Assembly: GCA_010093815.1 (NCBI GenBank)
Contig: ML996567.1
Source of the DNA: Pseudovirgaria hyperparasitica
Lineage: Eukaryota
Reading direction: 5' to 3' (one strand)
Length of the DNA stretch: 64,000 bases
The notes beneath the pieces were generated by a model that saw only the letters and a program-made list of their open reading frames with translations, ran no database searches and was not told where the DNA came from. This document shows positions 1 to 11,556 of the stretch, in pieces (the stretch's first letter is position 1; each line of letters begins with the position of its first letter). The position numbers and the translations under genes were made by a program.

Positions 1-3000
1 CGGGACTGCGCCAATCTTCAGTAGCTCATTGTCTTCCAATGATGACAAAGTCAGTCTAAGCCTATCTCTTCTCTTGACTTCTTTTAGTAAATGGGTTTGC
101 TGATGGTCATAGAATCTACCTAAGGTTTCGGTCTTGGTACCTCCTTGCACAAGAGCCATAAACGGTGAAGTCAGGCAAGATCTCTTCGTTTATGTCAAGA
201 GGTCTTCTGACAACACTTATGCTGAGGTCCAGCTGGCCATACAACCTCGCAAGAGACGACATGACCCCCAGCAAGTGAAACCTGAGCGCTCGGAGAAGCC
301 ACTATACGCTATGCAGCCTGTCAAAATAGCCGACAGGATCGTTGAGGGCCCTCTGGATTTGGTGAAGGTCGTAGATGGCCCTGTATCCCGCCTTATCAGT
401 CTAGGAACAAGCTCGGACGGGGGGATCAGCCTTTCTCTATACCCCAGTGGGATGCGTCATCTGCCAGTGTTGCTACCCCTAAGTCATCTACGACTATTCC
501 ATCCCTACGATATTCACGGCTCGTCACCTTCAACAAGAAAGACTGCTGGGCTCAAAAGGACGCTGAGCATACCAAATGCTATCCATGGGTTCTCTCATTC
601 TGCGTCCGATGGTCGCTTTAATATTGTAGATGCCGAGGGAGTGCACCATAGATTAAGCGTAGAACTTACACCTCACGACCAACTGCTCAATACTATTATC
701 GACTTGCTACGGTTTGTTCTACCCGAGCATGGAGCGGATCTCATTCTGTCGATCTGGTGGAGCGCAGCTCAGTCCGCCCGCAAGCGTAAAGCAGGCGATG
801 TACATTGGATAGCGCTGGCTGCCGCGCTATTCAGTATACCACTGGTATTTGTCGAACATCGAGGCACAAAAAGTGGATCGGACCGCAACGATAACGATCA
901 ACACGCAGTGCCACGTACTGGAGCCAAAGACGGAACTTCAGAGCTTTCCTGGGATACAATGATTTTTGTCGAAACAAAGTCGAACGAATCAGATCCAGTA
1001 GTCGAGGCGTGCTGGGGATGGACAGATCGTCTGTCTCCTCCACAAGATGATTCGAACAAGCAGCAAGCGTTTCGAAACTACATCCCTACGAGCATACAAA
1101 TCGCAAGAGAATTCAATGATTCTCCACTCGGTAAACAGGCTAATGAACTGTGGAGAGACATGTCAGTTGATAGAGACCGAGACATACGTAGTGTATACTT
1201 GCCCAGACTGTTTGTTGCTTTGCATTTGCTTTGCGAGGAGCAGAAATTGAACAAAGTTGCGGACCGTGAGTCTCATTCCGGTCCAAAGTATCTGACAGCT
1301 GTTATTGCGCAAATAGGCCATTGGCTTGGTTGGGACAGGTGGGGAGTTGATGATGATAGTTACTATGGCTTGGACGAGATCGTGCTTGCGGACTGGTATT
1401 TCGAAACTTGTGAGTCCAACGATTCCCTGTCTACACCCGCGGAGGAATCAGTGTGTGTGGTGCTAGTTTAAACTAACGACTTCAAGCAAACCTCAATTTA
1501 GTTGGCATACCATGTTCGCCTTGGGAGTCTCCTCCGTCCATATTGTCATGGATCGAGAAGGTATCCTCTATGCAGAGTTTTGTGCCGTTTCCCCTACTCG
1601 ATAAGCTTGTTGACGATATTCCGGAGGAGGATCCCTGGGAATTCACACAAACTAGTATTGCCAAAATAACGCCTCGAACTCACGCCTTGTCTGGATTCTT
1701 CCGCAACGCGCACGCAGAGCGCGCAAACGACTCTACGGAGCGGGTCGAGCTTTTGATGCGTAATGGTATCGATACTAAAATGCTTGAAACTTTGCCCGAG
1801 TGTGCAGTCGCACCTTTGAGGGAGGCGATAGTATCGTGTCAATCAGCTCCGCCAACAACGTGGTCCAACTCTCTCCTTCATTTGATCGGCAGGGATGATC
1901 TTGGAAGTATCGCCACAATCGAACGCGAATGGAAGCACAGCCAGCCACCGATTCCAGTAAGCCCTGCATCGCTGAAGATGTCGGAATACCTGCTGATCTT
2001 TATAGGAATCGTCCAAAGACTATCATACAATATGCCACCATGCTGAGCAACATGTAACGGCTCACAGCTCTCCTGAACACGAAAGAAGTCATGTCTCTAG
2101 ACTGATATTCCGTGAGGATCGTCGGTTGGCAGAAGCTGCCAAACTTCTCGAACCTCTGAAACAAACTGTTGCTGAGTGTATTCCAGAACCAGGTTGGTCT
2201 GAATCTGAATACCTTGATGCCCAGAAAGGCGTCATGCAATGGGTCATGTTGCGAACATTTGCTTTACCACCGGGGAACGCCATGATTAGCTACAATCTTC
2301 GGAAACCACTTCTGACGGAGAAATACCCCTTACATGGCTTCACAACTTCGTGCTTGATGAAACCGATGAACAACATAGTTACGGCGGATCGGTCTACTTT
2401 TACGGAAGAAAAGTTCGGGTGGGCATTCTTTCATGCGGGAGTCTTCGCAGGTTTGACAATTTCCAAAGAGGCCAAAGGTATTGACACGTCATGGATCGTT
2501 TTCAACAAACCATCGGAGTTGACCAACAAGCACGCCGGCCTCTTACTCGGCTTGGGTCTCAACGGTCATCTCCGAAACCTTGCCAAATGGCTCTCATTCA
2601 AGTATCTGACGCCGAAACATGCTATGACCACGGTTGGACTATTACTAGGCCTTGCTGCTTCGTTCATAGGGACGATGGATGCACTTGTAACACGATTGTT
2701 ATCGGTCCACGTTACAAGAATGCTACCACCGGGTGCAGCAGAACTCAACCTATCGCCTTTTACCCAAACTACAGGATTGATGGGGATCGGCCTTCTATAC
2801 TATAATACCCAGCATCGACGCATGAGTGAGATTATGCTCTCAGAGATAGAGCATTTTGAGGTCACAGATCCGTCTGAGCCTCCGGACACACTCCGTGACG
2901 AGGGCTACAGACTCGCTGCTGGCTTCGCGCTGGGCCTGATAAATCTTGGACATGGAAATGATATGCATGGTCTTCACGACATGCGAATAGTGGAGCGTCT

Positions 3001-4438
3001 CATGGCTGTCGCTGTGAGTACCAAGCCTGTTGATGTGATCCACGTACTAGATCAAGCAACTGCTGGCGGAACCATTGCAGTGGCTCTCATCTTCATGAAA
3101 ACCGAGAACGAAGCGGTCGCGCGAAAGGTCGATATTCCGGACACTATTCCTCAATTTGACTACGTACGACCTGATATCTTTCTTCTTCGGACACTGGCCA
3201 AACATGTGATTATGTGGAGGCAGATACAACCTGAGCAGCGCTGGGTAGTGAAGAACCTACCTCACGAGTACCAGTCACAGTACAGTCTTCGAACGATCAA
3301 AAAGCTCCGAAGTGAGCACATGCCATTCTACAATATTGTAGCTGGGCTATTGTGGGCAGTTGGTCTCAAGCATGCCGGAACTGGTGACGTTGTGGCGCGG
3401 GACTTTCTACTTAGGTACCTTGACCAATTTATACGTATTTGTCGACTTCCTGCTCTCCGCTACGACGCCAAACTGGCCAGAAACACGGTGCGCAACTGTC
3501 AAGACTTAGTAGCTTTGTCGGTGGCGACGGTGATGGCAGGAACAGGAGACTTGGAGGTTTTCCGGCGACTGCGAGCTCTTCACGGTCGCGTTGGCCCAGA
3601 CACTCCGTATGGGTCTCATCTTGCAGCGCATTTCGCACTTGGTGCCCTCTTCATGGCAGGCGGAACATATACCTTTGGCACGTCAAACCTCGCCATCGCC
3701 TCGCTCATCTGCGCATTCTACCCGCTCTTCCCTGTGGATGTGCTGGACAACAAGGCCCATCTCCAGGCCTTCCGCCACTTCTGGGTCCTAGCCGCCGAAC
3801 CTCGTTGTGTTGTTGTGCGCGACGTCGACACTCACAGGCTTATCACTCTTCCGGTCGTTGCACGCATGAAGAATGGTACAGAACGAGAGTACTCGACGCC
3901 TTGCCTTTTGCCCGAGCTGGATAGCATCGCCTCTCTACGTACCGTAAGTATGGATTACTGGCAGGTCACACTTGACTTTGTGCACAATTCAAAGCATCTG
4001 TCTTCGTTTAGAAAGAACCAGACTATCCGCGTGCGTCGTCGGCCAGCACAGGAATCACACAGCTCAGTCTTCAGCTCGACATTAGCAGCGCTGAACGAAT
4101 CACAAATGTGGAGCCATTCAGGGGTGTTGCTCAAGTGGAGCTGGATCTTTGACCTGCATGCCTTTGCGGAGTTTGAGAAGGCTGATATCGGCTTGATCTT
4201 ACCGCCGGATGGCAATAGTAGTGTGCATACCGAGGCACATGGTACGGTTCTCGATGATCGCCTTGTTCTGAATGCAGCGGCTAGGTCCTGGAATCGGACA
4301 GATTTGCAGAATGTGAAGGCTTTGTTTGCTTGGGCGCAGAATGCACCGCAAGGAAAGCAGTTGAAATGGTTGGGCATGGAGGTTGTGGAGAGGTTGCGAG
4401 GGGTGATTATGGAGCGGAGTAAACATATGCGCGCCTAA
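1..4438 (+). CDS. APC1: Anaphase-promoting complex subunit 1 (BimE/Cut4 homologue), 5'-truncated by window edge; introns 50-112, 1410-1486, 1957-2005
   Basis: Three ORFs join in frame across GT..CTRAC/GCTGAT..AG introns. PC-repeat region motifs seen: WAFFHAGV, HAGLLLGLGLNGHL, YRLAAGFALGLINLG, HLQAFRHFWVLAAEPR. Confidence 0.93.
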
Positions 4439-4937
4439 CATTAGGCAAAGGATGAGTTTTTATGTTGACGCCTACAATATATTATGATATCTCATGATTA
4501 GTCAGTCAGATTGAAAGGTTGAAAGTGAATTACAAGCCACAGATCCCTGAAGCGGAAACGTAGGGGTCATCCATGATGACCCGTGCATGACGTAACATGC
4601 ATATAGAAACTTACAGGTCAACTCTTTTTCGTTTTATACATTACCAGATCTGGATGCTGCTACACTCGACTCGTCCCTTTGATGCTCAAACAACGACAAA
4701 GACCTCGGGAATCCTAGCTACGTAGAACACATAGATAGATTGAAGGTGCCTTGAACCTTGAAGCCCCCCAGAGCCTGCATTTGCGTCGACCCCACCCATC
4801 ACCTGAGCACGCATCAGCCATCGGACAGCAAGGGCATCCTGAGATAAAACGACTATCTATTTAGTACCTGGCTGTTTCTCTTGTCTTGCTTTATTCCTCA
4901 ACAAAACAGTCTCCAATAGCCCTCTCCACCAGCTACC

Positions 4938-5752
4938 ATGGGACGCCCCGAGTTCGACCGAAAGACTGCATACATCAAGAAAGGTGAAGTCTGGGTACTC
5001 AACTCCACCTGCTGCATGTCGATATACCGCTGACTTCAACCCAGTTCGACGATGGCCGCGAAGAAGCGCTCGTCTCGTACATCAAATCTCACCCACACGC
5101 CGACTCCTTCCAGAACAAACCACACATCATCCTCTCCGTCATCGACGAGTTTGCCCGCACCAAGGACTTCATGATGACTGTTGGCCAGTACAAGGGCGCC
5201 GTCGTCACCGATCTCATCGCAAAGGAGCGCCCGCAAACGATTGTGGAGATGGGTGGGTACACGGGGTATTCTGCGCTGCTGTTTGGGAGTGCGTTGAGAG
5301 ATGCTTGGAACGGAGTGGAGGGTGCCAAGCCACGGTACTACAGTCTCGAGATGAGTGAGAAGTTCGCGGGCATCATCAGAGAGTTGGTCAAGCTGGCCGG
5401 GCTGGACCATGTTGTCACTGTGGTCACGGGCAAGGCGGAGGATGGGCTTCGCGAGTTGAGGGAGGACTTCAAGCTCGAGACGGCAGATATGTTCTTTATC
5501 GATCACTACAAGCCGGCGTATGTGGGTGATCTACAACGTGCGGAGGATTTGGGCTTGGTACGTAAGGGCACGTGGGTTGTGGCGGATAATGTGGTGTTGC
5601 CTGGGGCGCCGGGCTATCTGGAGTATGTGCGTGGAACGGCAAAGGGTGAGGGCATTAGGAAGCATGTTTATGAGAGCAGATTGGAGGAGAGCTGGGAACC
5701 GACCGGCGAGGAGGATGGACTTGAGGTTTCGAAGTGTATCGAGGTGAGATGA
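4938..5752 (+). CDS. Catechol O-methyltransferase family SAM-dependent methyltransferase; intron 4995-5044
   Basis: Spliced N-terminus MGRPEFDRKTAYIKKGEVW|FDDGREEAL. SAM motif VEMGGYTGYSA plus FFIDHYKPAY and VVADNV. Confidence 0.88.
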
Positions 5753-6120
5753 ATTCGACTGGGGTACGGGCTCATTCACTTATGAAGGCGTGTCCCTTTC
5801 TACTACTATGCTATGAGCTGTAGACTTATGATATCAGATGGATGCCAGTCTAGGTCCCGACGAGTATGAGGCCACTCTAGACCTAGGCTATCACGGCTCT
5901 GAGAACAAACTGGTATACCAATTCGAGAACACTGAATCTTCTGAAAGGAAACGAAATGGTAAAGACAAGTTAGACCACGTTCTTGTAGTTGATTATGGAG
6001 GTATACTCAATGAAATGGGTGAACGGCTACCATCTCAGTACGCTATTCGTATTGTACGCAGGTCACAACAAGGGAAATCCAGTCCGGGTATCCTACACTG
6101 CATTATCTTATCCTTGCTCT

Positions 6121-7832
6121 TCACTTCGACGCTAATACTCCAGACATTGTTCCTACAATTCTTCCAGCCAGCTCCTGCAGCCACACCGGCCCAATTCCAC
6201 TCCTCCAAGAGCCCACGGCAATTGCGAACAATGCCAATACCAGCGTATACTTCTTCCAACCCCCTCCTTCTCCTGGCATCTTGATAACCTGGTCTTCGAT
6301 TCCCTCCCCTCTCTTGAACCCCAGCGTGTTCTTCTTCTCCACCCTCTTCCGATTCTTCTCCATATCGTACGGCGGGTATCTGAAACCCATGACTTTGTCT
6401 AGCCAGTTGGGCAGCTGCACAACGGCACGCTTGTGCGTGAAGGCTTCCACGCCGTACTTGCCATGATACGAGCCGGATCCGGAGTCGCCGACGCCGCCAA
6501 AGGGGACGCCCGGTGTGCCAGCGTGGACCATGCAATCGTTTATCGTTACACCACCAGTGAGGGTGTGAGATAAGACTATAAAGTAATTAGCGAAACGGCA
6601 GATCGGGGTAGAGGAAAAGAGGGTTGCCACATACTGTAATCAATCTCCGGCCTCGACTCGCTGAAGATGTACAGACTGAGTGCATGTGGTAGTCTCGCCA
6701 TCTCGCGGACTGCTTCATGGTAGGTCGCCCTTATGACAGGCAGTATTGGCCCGAAAAGCTCCTCCTTCATGAGCGAGTCGTCAGTCGTGACATCGTCGAC
6801 AATGGTAAGCGGAATGCGCAGATTCTCGCGCACAAACTCACGCCCATTCGTCAACTTTTTGCCCGCCGACTTATCATACGCCCCCTTCAGCCGGTCATAA
6901 TTCCGCTCATTGATGATATTCGTCATCTCCTCATAATGCTTGTCGCCCTGACCATTAAACTCCCCCACCCAGAAGTTCAGCCGCCGCACAAACTCAGTAT
7001 GCACCGTCGGGTCCACAAACACATGGTTCACGCTCAGACAGATCTGCCCGGCATTCATAAACTTGGCCGCCAGAATCCGTTTCGCCGCCAGATCCACGTC
7101 CGCCTTCGCCGTCACAATCGCCGGGCCCTGACCTCCGAGCTCCAGCACCGTCGGCGTCAGATTCTTCGCCGCCGCAAGCGCAACATGCCTCGCTACCCCG
7201 GCCGAGCCCGTAAAGAAGATATGGTCGAACCGCTGTGCAAGGACAAAACCTGTCTCCGCCGGCCCCCCCGTCACAACCGCATACGCCTCCGGGTCTAGAT
7301 ACTTGGGCAGCAGCTCCGCCAGCAGCGCCTCTGTCCGCGCCGCCATCTCCGACGGCTTCACCAGCACCGTACACCCGGCCGCCACGGCCGCAACAAGAGG
7401 CTGCACAACCAGCAGCAGCGGAAAATTCCACGCCCCAATCACAAGCACCACACCTCGCGGCTCCTTGCGCACCACCGCGCTGCCCACATGCCTGAACACA
7501 AAGCCCGCATCCGCAGGCCGTTCGTCCGCCGTCCAGGCCTCAAGATTAGCAATATGCAGCAGGATGTCCGACTTGCAGCCCGCGATATCGCCCGCTAGCG
7601 TCTCAAACTCGTGCTTGCCCAGGTCTGCCGCGAGGGCCTTTGTGATGTCGAATTCGTGGTCTTCGATCAGCCAGTAGAGCTGCTTGAGCTGCCACTTGCG
7701 GTACTTGAGGTTCTTGGTGCGGCCGCTGGCGAAGGTGCGCCGCAGCGTCGCGAGCTTGCTGGTCACTTCGTCCGGAGTCGAGTATGTGCGCGAGGCGCCG
7801 CCGTCGCCGCTGCCGCGGGTTGTGACTGTCAT
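6121..7832 (-). CDS. Aldehyde dehydrogenase, ALDH3/HFD1-like fatty aldehyde dehydrogenase with C-terminal hydrophobic anchor; intron 6634-6576
   Basis: Motifs IGAWNFP, VKPSE, FFTGS, LELGG, AGQIC, EELFGP, PFGGVGDSG. C-terminal YTLVLALFAIAV segment. Confidence 0.92.
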
Positions 7833-8361
7833 TGTGAGCTGGTGAGATTTGTTTTCAGGCACGTCTGCGGATATTTGGGGGAAGTTAGGGAGTGCAGATG
7901 CAGGTGCTTGGAAATGCTGTGGCCGGGAAGTAAATATATATTTGTATATATATACACGGACCGATCCGTAAGGGGTAACATCCCGCCGGGTGGTCTCCCA
8001 ACATCCCGGGTCCCGGGCTGGGTCTTGATTGGCTGGGCGCCAGGTTCTCCGCCCCTCGGGATGGATCCTCACACTGCAACTTCTGGATTCGTGCCGGCTG
8101 GCATACTGCGGCGTATAAAGGTGACACAAATGGAGCTATTTTCATCCCGAATCCCACACACGTGGCAACTCTCATAATGCCTACCCTGGACATGGTTCGC
8201 CAAGAACATCGAATTGAGCTCATGCTGGAAAGTGTGTGCTGCGCTCTAGGTGAACTTTATGTATGATCGGAGATTATCTCCGCAGAGCTTGCAAGGGTCG
8301 TTCATATTAAGCAGTTGAGAATCCGAAAACTAACTCATCGAACCTACAGTCAATCGTGTAA

Positions 8362-11079
8362 CTAGCATATTCTACCCACAAACCCCTCGAGTCCAGCAAC
8401 TCCTTTCTCTCCGCGCTCAGTGCCGCTAGTCAAACCAGGACCACCGCCAGGCATAACGAGCACCTGCGCGCCAGGTTCAACGAATTCTCTCGAAGCTAGA
8501 AACTGAAACGAGATCATAGTAGATTGAGTTTTGGCTTCATCGCTCACTGACTCATCATGGTCAAAGCCGAAGCCGAAACTGTCCTCTTCGTCGAGTCCCC
8601 GTCTAGAGATGTCTTCGCGCAATCCTGCAGACTTGGAGACGGCGACGACTTTGGCGCTAGCCCGTACACTTGCAATGTAGACCACGACGACTGTTCCTAT
8701 ACTCATTCCACTGACCTGATGCCTGAAGAACACATCAAATACTCTCGTTGGTGTGGGTGCACCGCCTTCGCCAGCGCCAGTCAAGACCATTCCTTTCCTG
8801 ACCCTCGACATTTCCGAGGCGCTGATGGGCTCTTCCGGAAACACAGGCTCGATACCAATAGTGCCAACTTGGTCTTGATGTAAAATCCGGACTGGAAGTC
8901 GGAGATTACGGAGCGATACAATGCGGACACGAAGCCAAGGAACACATGACCCGCAGCGAGCACGGAGTGTGGCCGACTTACGGAGCGCCCCGGGAAATGA
9001 TCGCGAGCTCTGGACGTCGCTGAGGCCTCCATTGTGCGGCTGGCGAGGCGAACTCAGGCTGTCAGTTTTATCTGGACTATGTTCTTCAATCTGCTCCGTC
9101 GCGAATGGCCCAAGGTATAGCTCGTCGCCTAAACGGAACGTACCGGTACGAAGGTAGCCGCTTACTATAAAACTCCGGGTGACCGAGGTCACGGAGCCGG
9201 GAGTGTTCGATACTGCCTTATTGTACACATCTTCTATATTGAACAAGGGGATTGGACCTCTGCTTGTTGAGCTTCGATCATGTTGGACTTGATCAGCGGG
9301 TCTAATGGGAAGCTTACGTAGAAGAGCGTGAAGTTTCCCAATACCAGTGCCTTTGACCGCACTAGTCATAATAATGGGAACAGTAGCTAAAGGGTCGTCC
9401 TCACAAGCTAATATGACTTTTCTGACAGCATCAATGTCTTTTATGGGAATGCTCTTGAGATGTGCCACGGCAGTCACCGAGGCTGTGTCTGGAACGATGC
9501 TTGGTCGCTTTCCGGCTGCTTTCAGTGTAGACAAAAGCTTGGACAGAGTTTGTCTGAGACCTTGCTTCGACGCCAAGTCTAACTTCGTTATTACTATCAC
9601 CAAAGGTAGACCAAGTCTTAAGCAAAGTTCTAAATGGGCCTGAGAGAGATCTACATCCACCGTGCTTGTGCCCAGCACCTCCTGAGGCGGAGGAGTGCTT
9701 CCGCTCTTTCCAGAAGTATCTTCGACGTTGTCTGCAGGTACACATAAGAATGTCCAGTGAGGCGCCCAGCCAACAAGACCACGCAAGGTGGTTCGATGAT
9801 ACCGAGGATGTCCAGCAGAATCAGATAGAAATGCCAGTCGGCCATTTGCCGATCGCTCGTGTATGTCCGTCCACGCTGAAACGTTGTCTGAGGCGTAGTT
9901 GACGACCTGCACAGGCCCGATGAATGCAACCTCCTCAAAACCATCGGTTGTATAGCCTACGAGCTCCTGGGTTATGGAACTGGTCATCCCAGAGGCAATC
10001 TCATGCCTGTGTTTGAGCAGGCTAAGCCGACTTTTTCCTCTGCCATTGTCTAAAGTAGCAGTCGATAAACTTCCCAGTAGACTTGACTTGCCTGACATAG
10101 TTGCCCCTGTAAGTGAGACTCGAAGTTGCTCGGTCAGAGAATGACCATTAGTCAGGCTTGAGTCCACAGCGATGCTGAGAGCTGAAGCAGATGTAGCAGA
10201 TGAGGCTTCAATGGTGGTGATCTGAACACCAGCCGGCTTGACAAACGCTTCGGCCACCCATAATTTTCCAGATCTCAGGTCGCTGCGTACCTCATCTCCA
10301 TTGCGCACAGTCTCATACCACATGCATTCACCAACTGTCGCTTTGCGCAACAATTGTACGACGCAGCCAAGACTAGCAGCCATAGCTCGAAGATTCATGA
10401 GACTTTCCTCAAGCTCGTCCTCTGCAAGACCCACAATCGTGCCATCATCTGAGACGCCGATCTCGTAAAGTGCCCCTTTACTTTCTTCTAAGCCCGGTAC
10501 AAGACTGCCGGGAGTGGCAGCTGGGACGAGCTGGGACGAAGACGATTCAGGAAGTTGAGGAATGACCAAGTTGTTTGCCGCCGAAGAGTGATAAGGGGAA
10601 GACTGTTGCAGTCGCCATAATAATTGGGTTGTCAGCTGTTCTAGGCGATGTTGGCGGGCTTGTACGGACGCTGCGACCGAGGCAGGCGACGCTACCATAT
10701 GTTCACCTGTCAGCGCAGAATCAGACGCTCTGCGAGCTGCCAACGCCGGGGGTGTCAAGCTTTCAGCCCGTTCGCGGTAGGTCCCCGGAACATGCTGACT
10801 GGTGTTTCGTACGAACGAACGTCTCGGGCGCAATAGTAGATGTAACTTGTATTCGGTTGGTCCCTCTTGCGGCTCAGCTTCGAGCTTTGTAACACTTGGA
10901 TCTATTTCTGTTCGCTCTGCGAATTCCCCGGATCCTGATTCTCCCACTATAGCTGAGGAGCCTTGGCTTGCTAGCAAGAATATATTTGATGCTGGGTCTC
11001 GCGGTGTCGATGCGCGGGGTGTAGACCATGGGGAGGAGATCCTTGGCGGATCTGGGTCGTACGTAAAAATGGACGCCAT
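8362..11079 (-). CDS. GTPBP1/GTPBP2-like translational GTPase (fungal type), single exon
   Basis: N-terminal EPQEGPTEYKL and ALYEIGVSDDG. G1 GATMSGKSS, KHRHEIASGMTSS, G3 DSAGH, G4 TKLD. EF-Tu-like C-terminal domains. Confidence 0.85.
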   Translation of the reverse strand: MASIFTYDPDPPRISSPWSTPRASTPRDPASNIFLLASQGSSAIVGESGSGEFAERTEIDPSVTKLEAEPQEGPTEYKLHLLLRPRRSFVRNTSQHVPGTYRERAESLTPPALAARRASDSALTGEHMVASPASVAASVQARQHRLEQLTTQLLWRLQQSSPYHSSAANNLVIPQLPESSSSQLVPAATPGSLVPGLEESKGALYEIGVSDDGTIVGLAEDELEESLMNLRAMAASLGCVVQLLRKATVGECMWYETVRNGDEVRSDLRSGKLWVAEAFVKPAGVQITTIEASSATSASALSIAVDSSLTNGHSLTEQLRVSLTGATMSGKSSLLGSLSTATLDNGRGKSRLSLLKHRHEIASGMTSSITQELVGYTTDGFEEVAFIGPVQVVNYASDNVSAWTDIHERSANGRLAFLSDSAGHPRYHRTTLRGLVGWAPHWTFLCVPADNVEDTSGKSGSTPPPQEVLGTSTVDVDLSQAHLELCLRLGLPLVIVITKLDLASKQGLRQTLSKLLSTLKAAGKRPSIVPDTASVTAVAHLKSIPIKDIDAVRKVILACEDDPLATVPIIMTSAVKGTGIGKLHALLRKLPIRPADQVQHDRSSTSRGPIPLFNIEDVYNKAVSNTPGSVTSVTRSFIVSGYLRTGTFRLGDELYLGPFATEQIEEHSPDKTDSLSSPRQPHNGGLSDVQSSRSFPGALRKSATLRARCGSCVPWLRVRIVSLRNLRLPVRILHQDQVGTIGIEPVFPEEPISASEMSRVRKGMVLTGAGEGGAPTPTRVFDVFFRHQVSGMSIGTVVVVYIASVRASAKVVAVSKSAGLREDISRRGLDEEDSFGFGFDHDESVSDEAKTQSTMISFQFLASREFVEPGAQVLVMPGGGPGLTSGTERGEKGVAGLEGFVGRIC

Positions 11080-11549
11080 GTCGTGATAGGCACCCCCGAA
11101 TTAGGTCTGACTGTAACCCCTTGTGTTCGACTCAGCAATGCGTTCGTGTGATACCCAATTCACCGTATTACGAATGTGGAATGTGATTTTGCTCGCATCG
11201 ATCGTGTATTGGTATGGAGGTAGTGGAGCCGGAATAGTTGAGATAGTGGACGTAGCATCTTGTCGGTAGTGAGGGGTGCGTTTCTATCGCTGTACGTTCA
11301 AGAGATTGATCTTAGGAATGATATCCCAGAAAGTCGGAGGTCAATTACAGAGTAGTTGACATCGTGAGCCGGTATAAGAAGATGCTGAATAGAGTATTAT
11401 GTCGCAGCCAAAGACATTGATCCTATGTGAATAGATTGCCCGCTGTAGATCAATGTGTATTCCCAGGACATGCGAAGTTTGTCGATGATGCAGAGAGATG
11501 ACGGCGGCGAGGGTCGCTGGTCTGGAAGTAATGCCTTTGCCAAGACGTC

Positions 11550-11556
11550 TGAGTCA
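11550..11556. promoter_or_regulatory. Gcn4/CpcA-type site TGAGTCA (overlapping ACGCGT) upstream of the GTPBP gene
   Basis: Exact TGASTCA consensus about 470 bp upstream of the ATG at 11079. Single short motif. Confidence 0.3.
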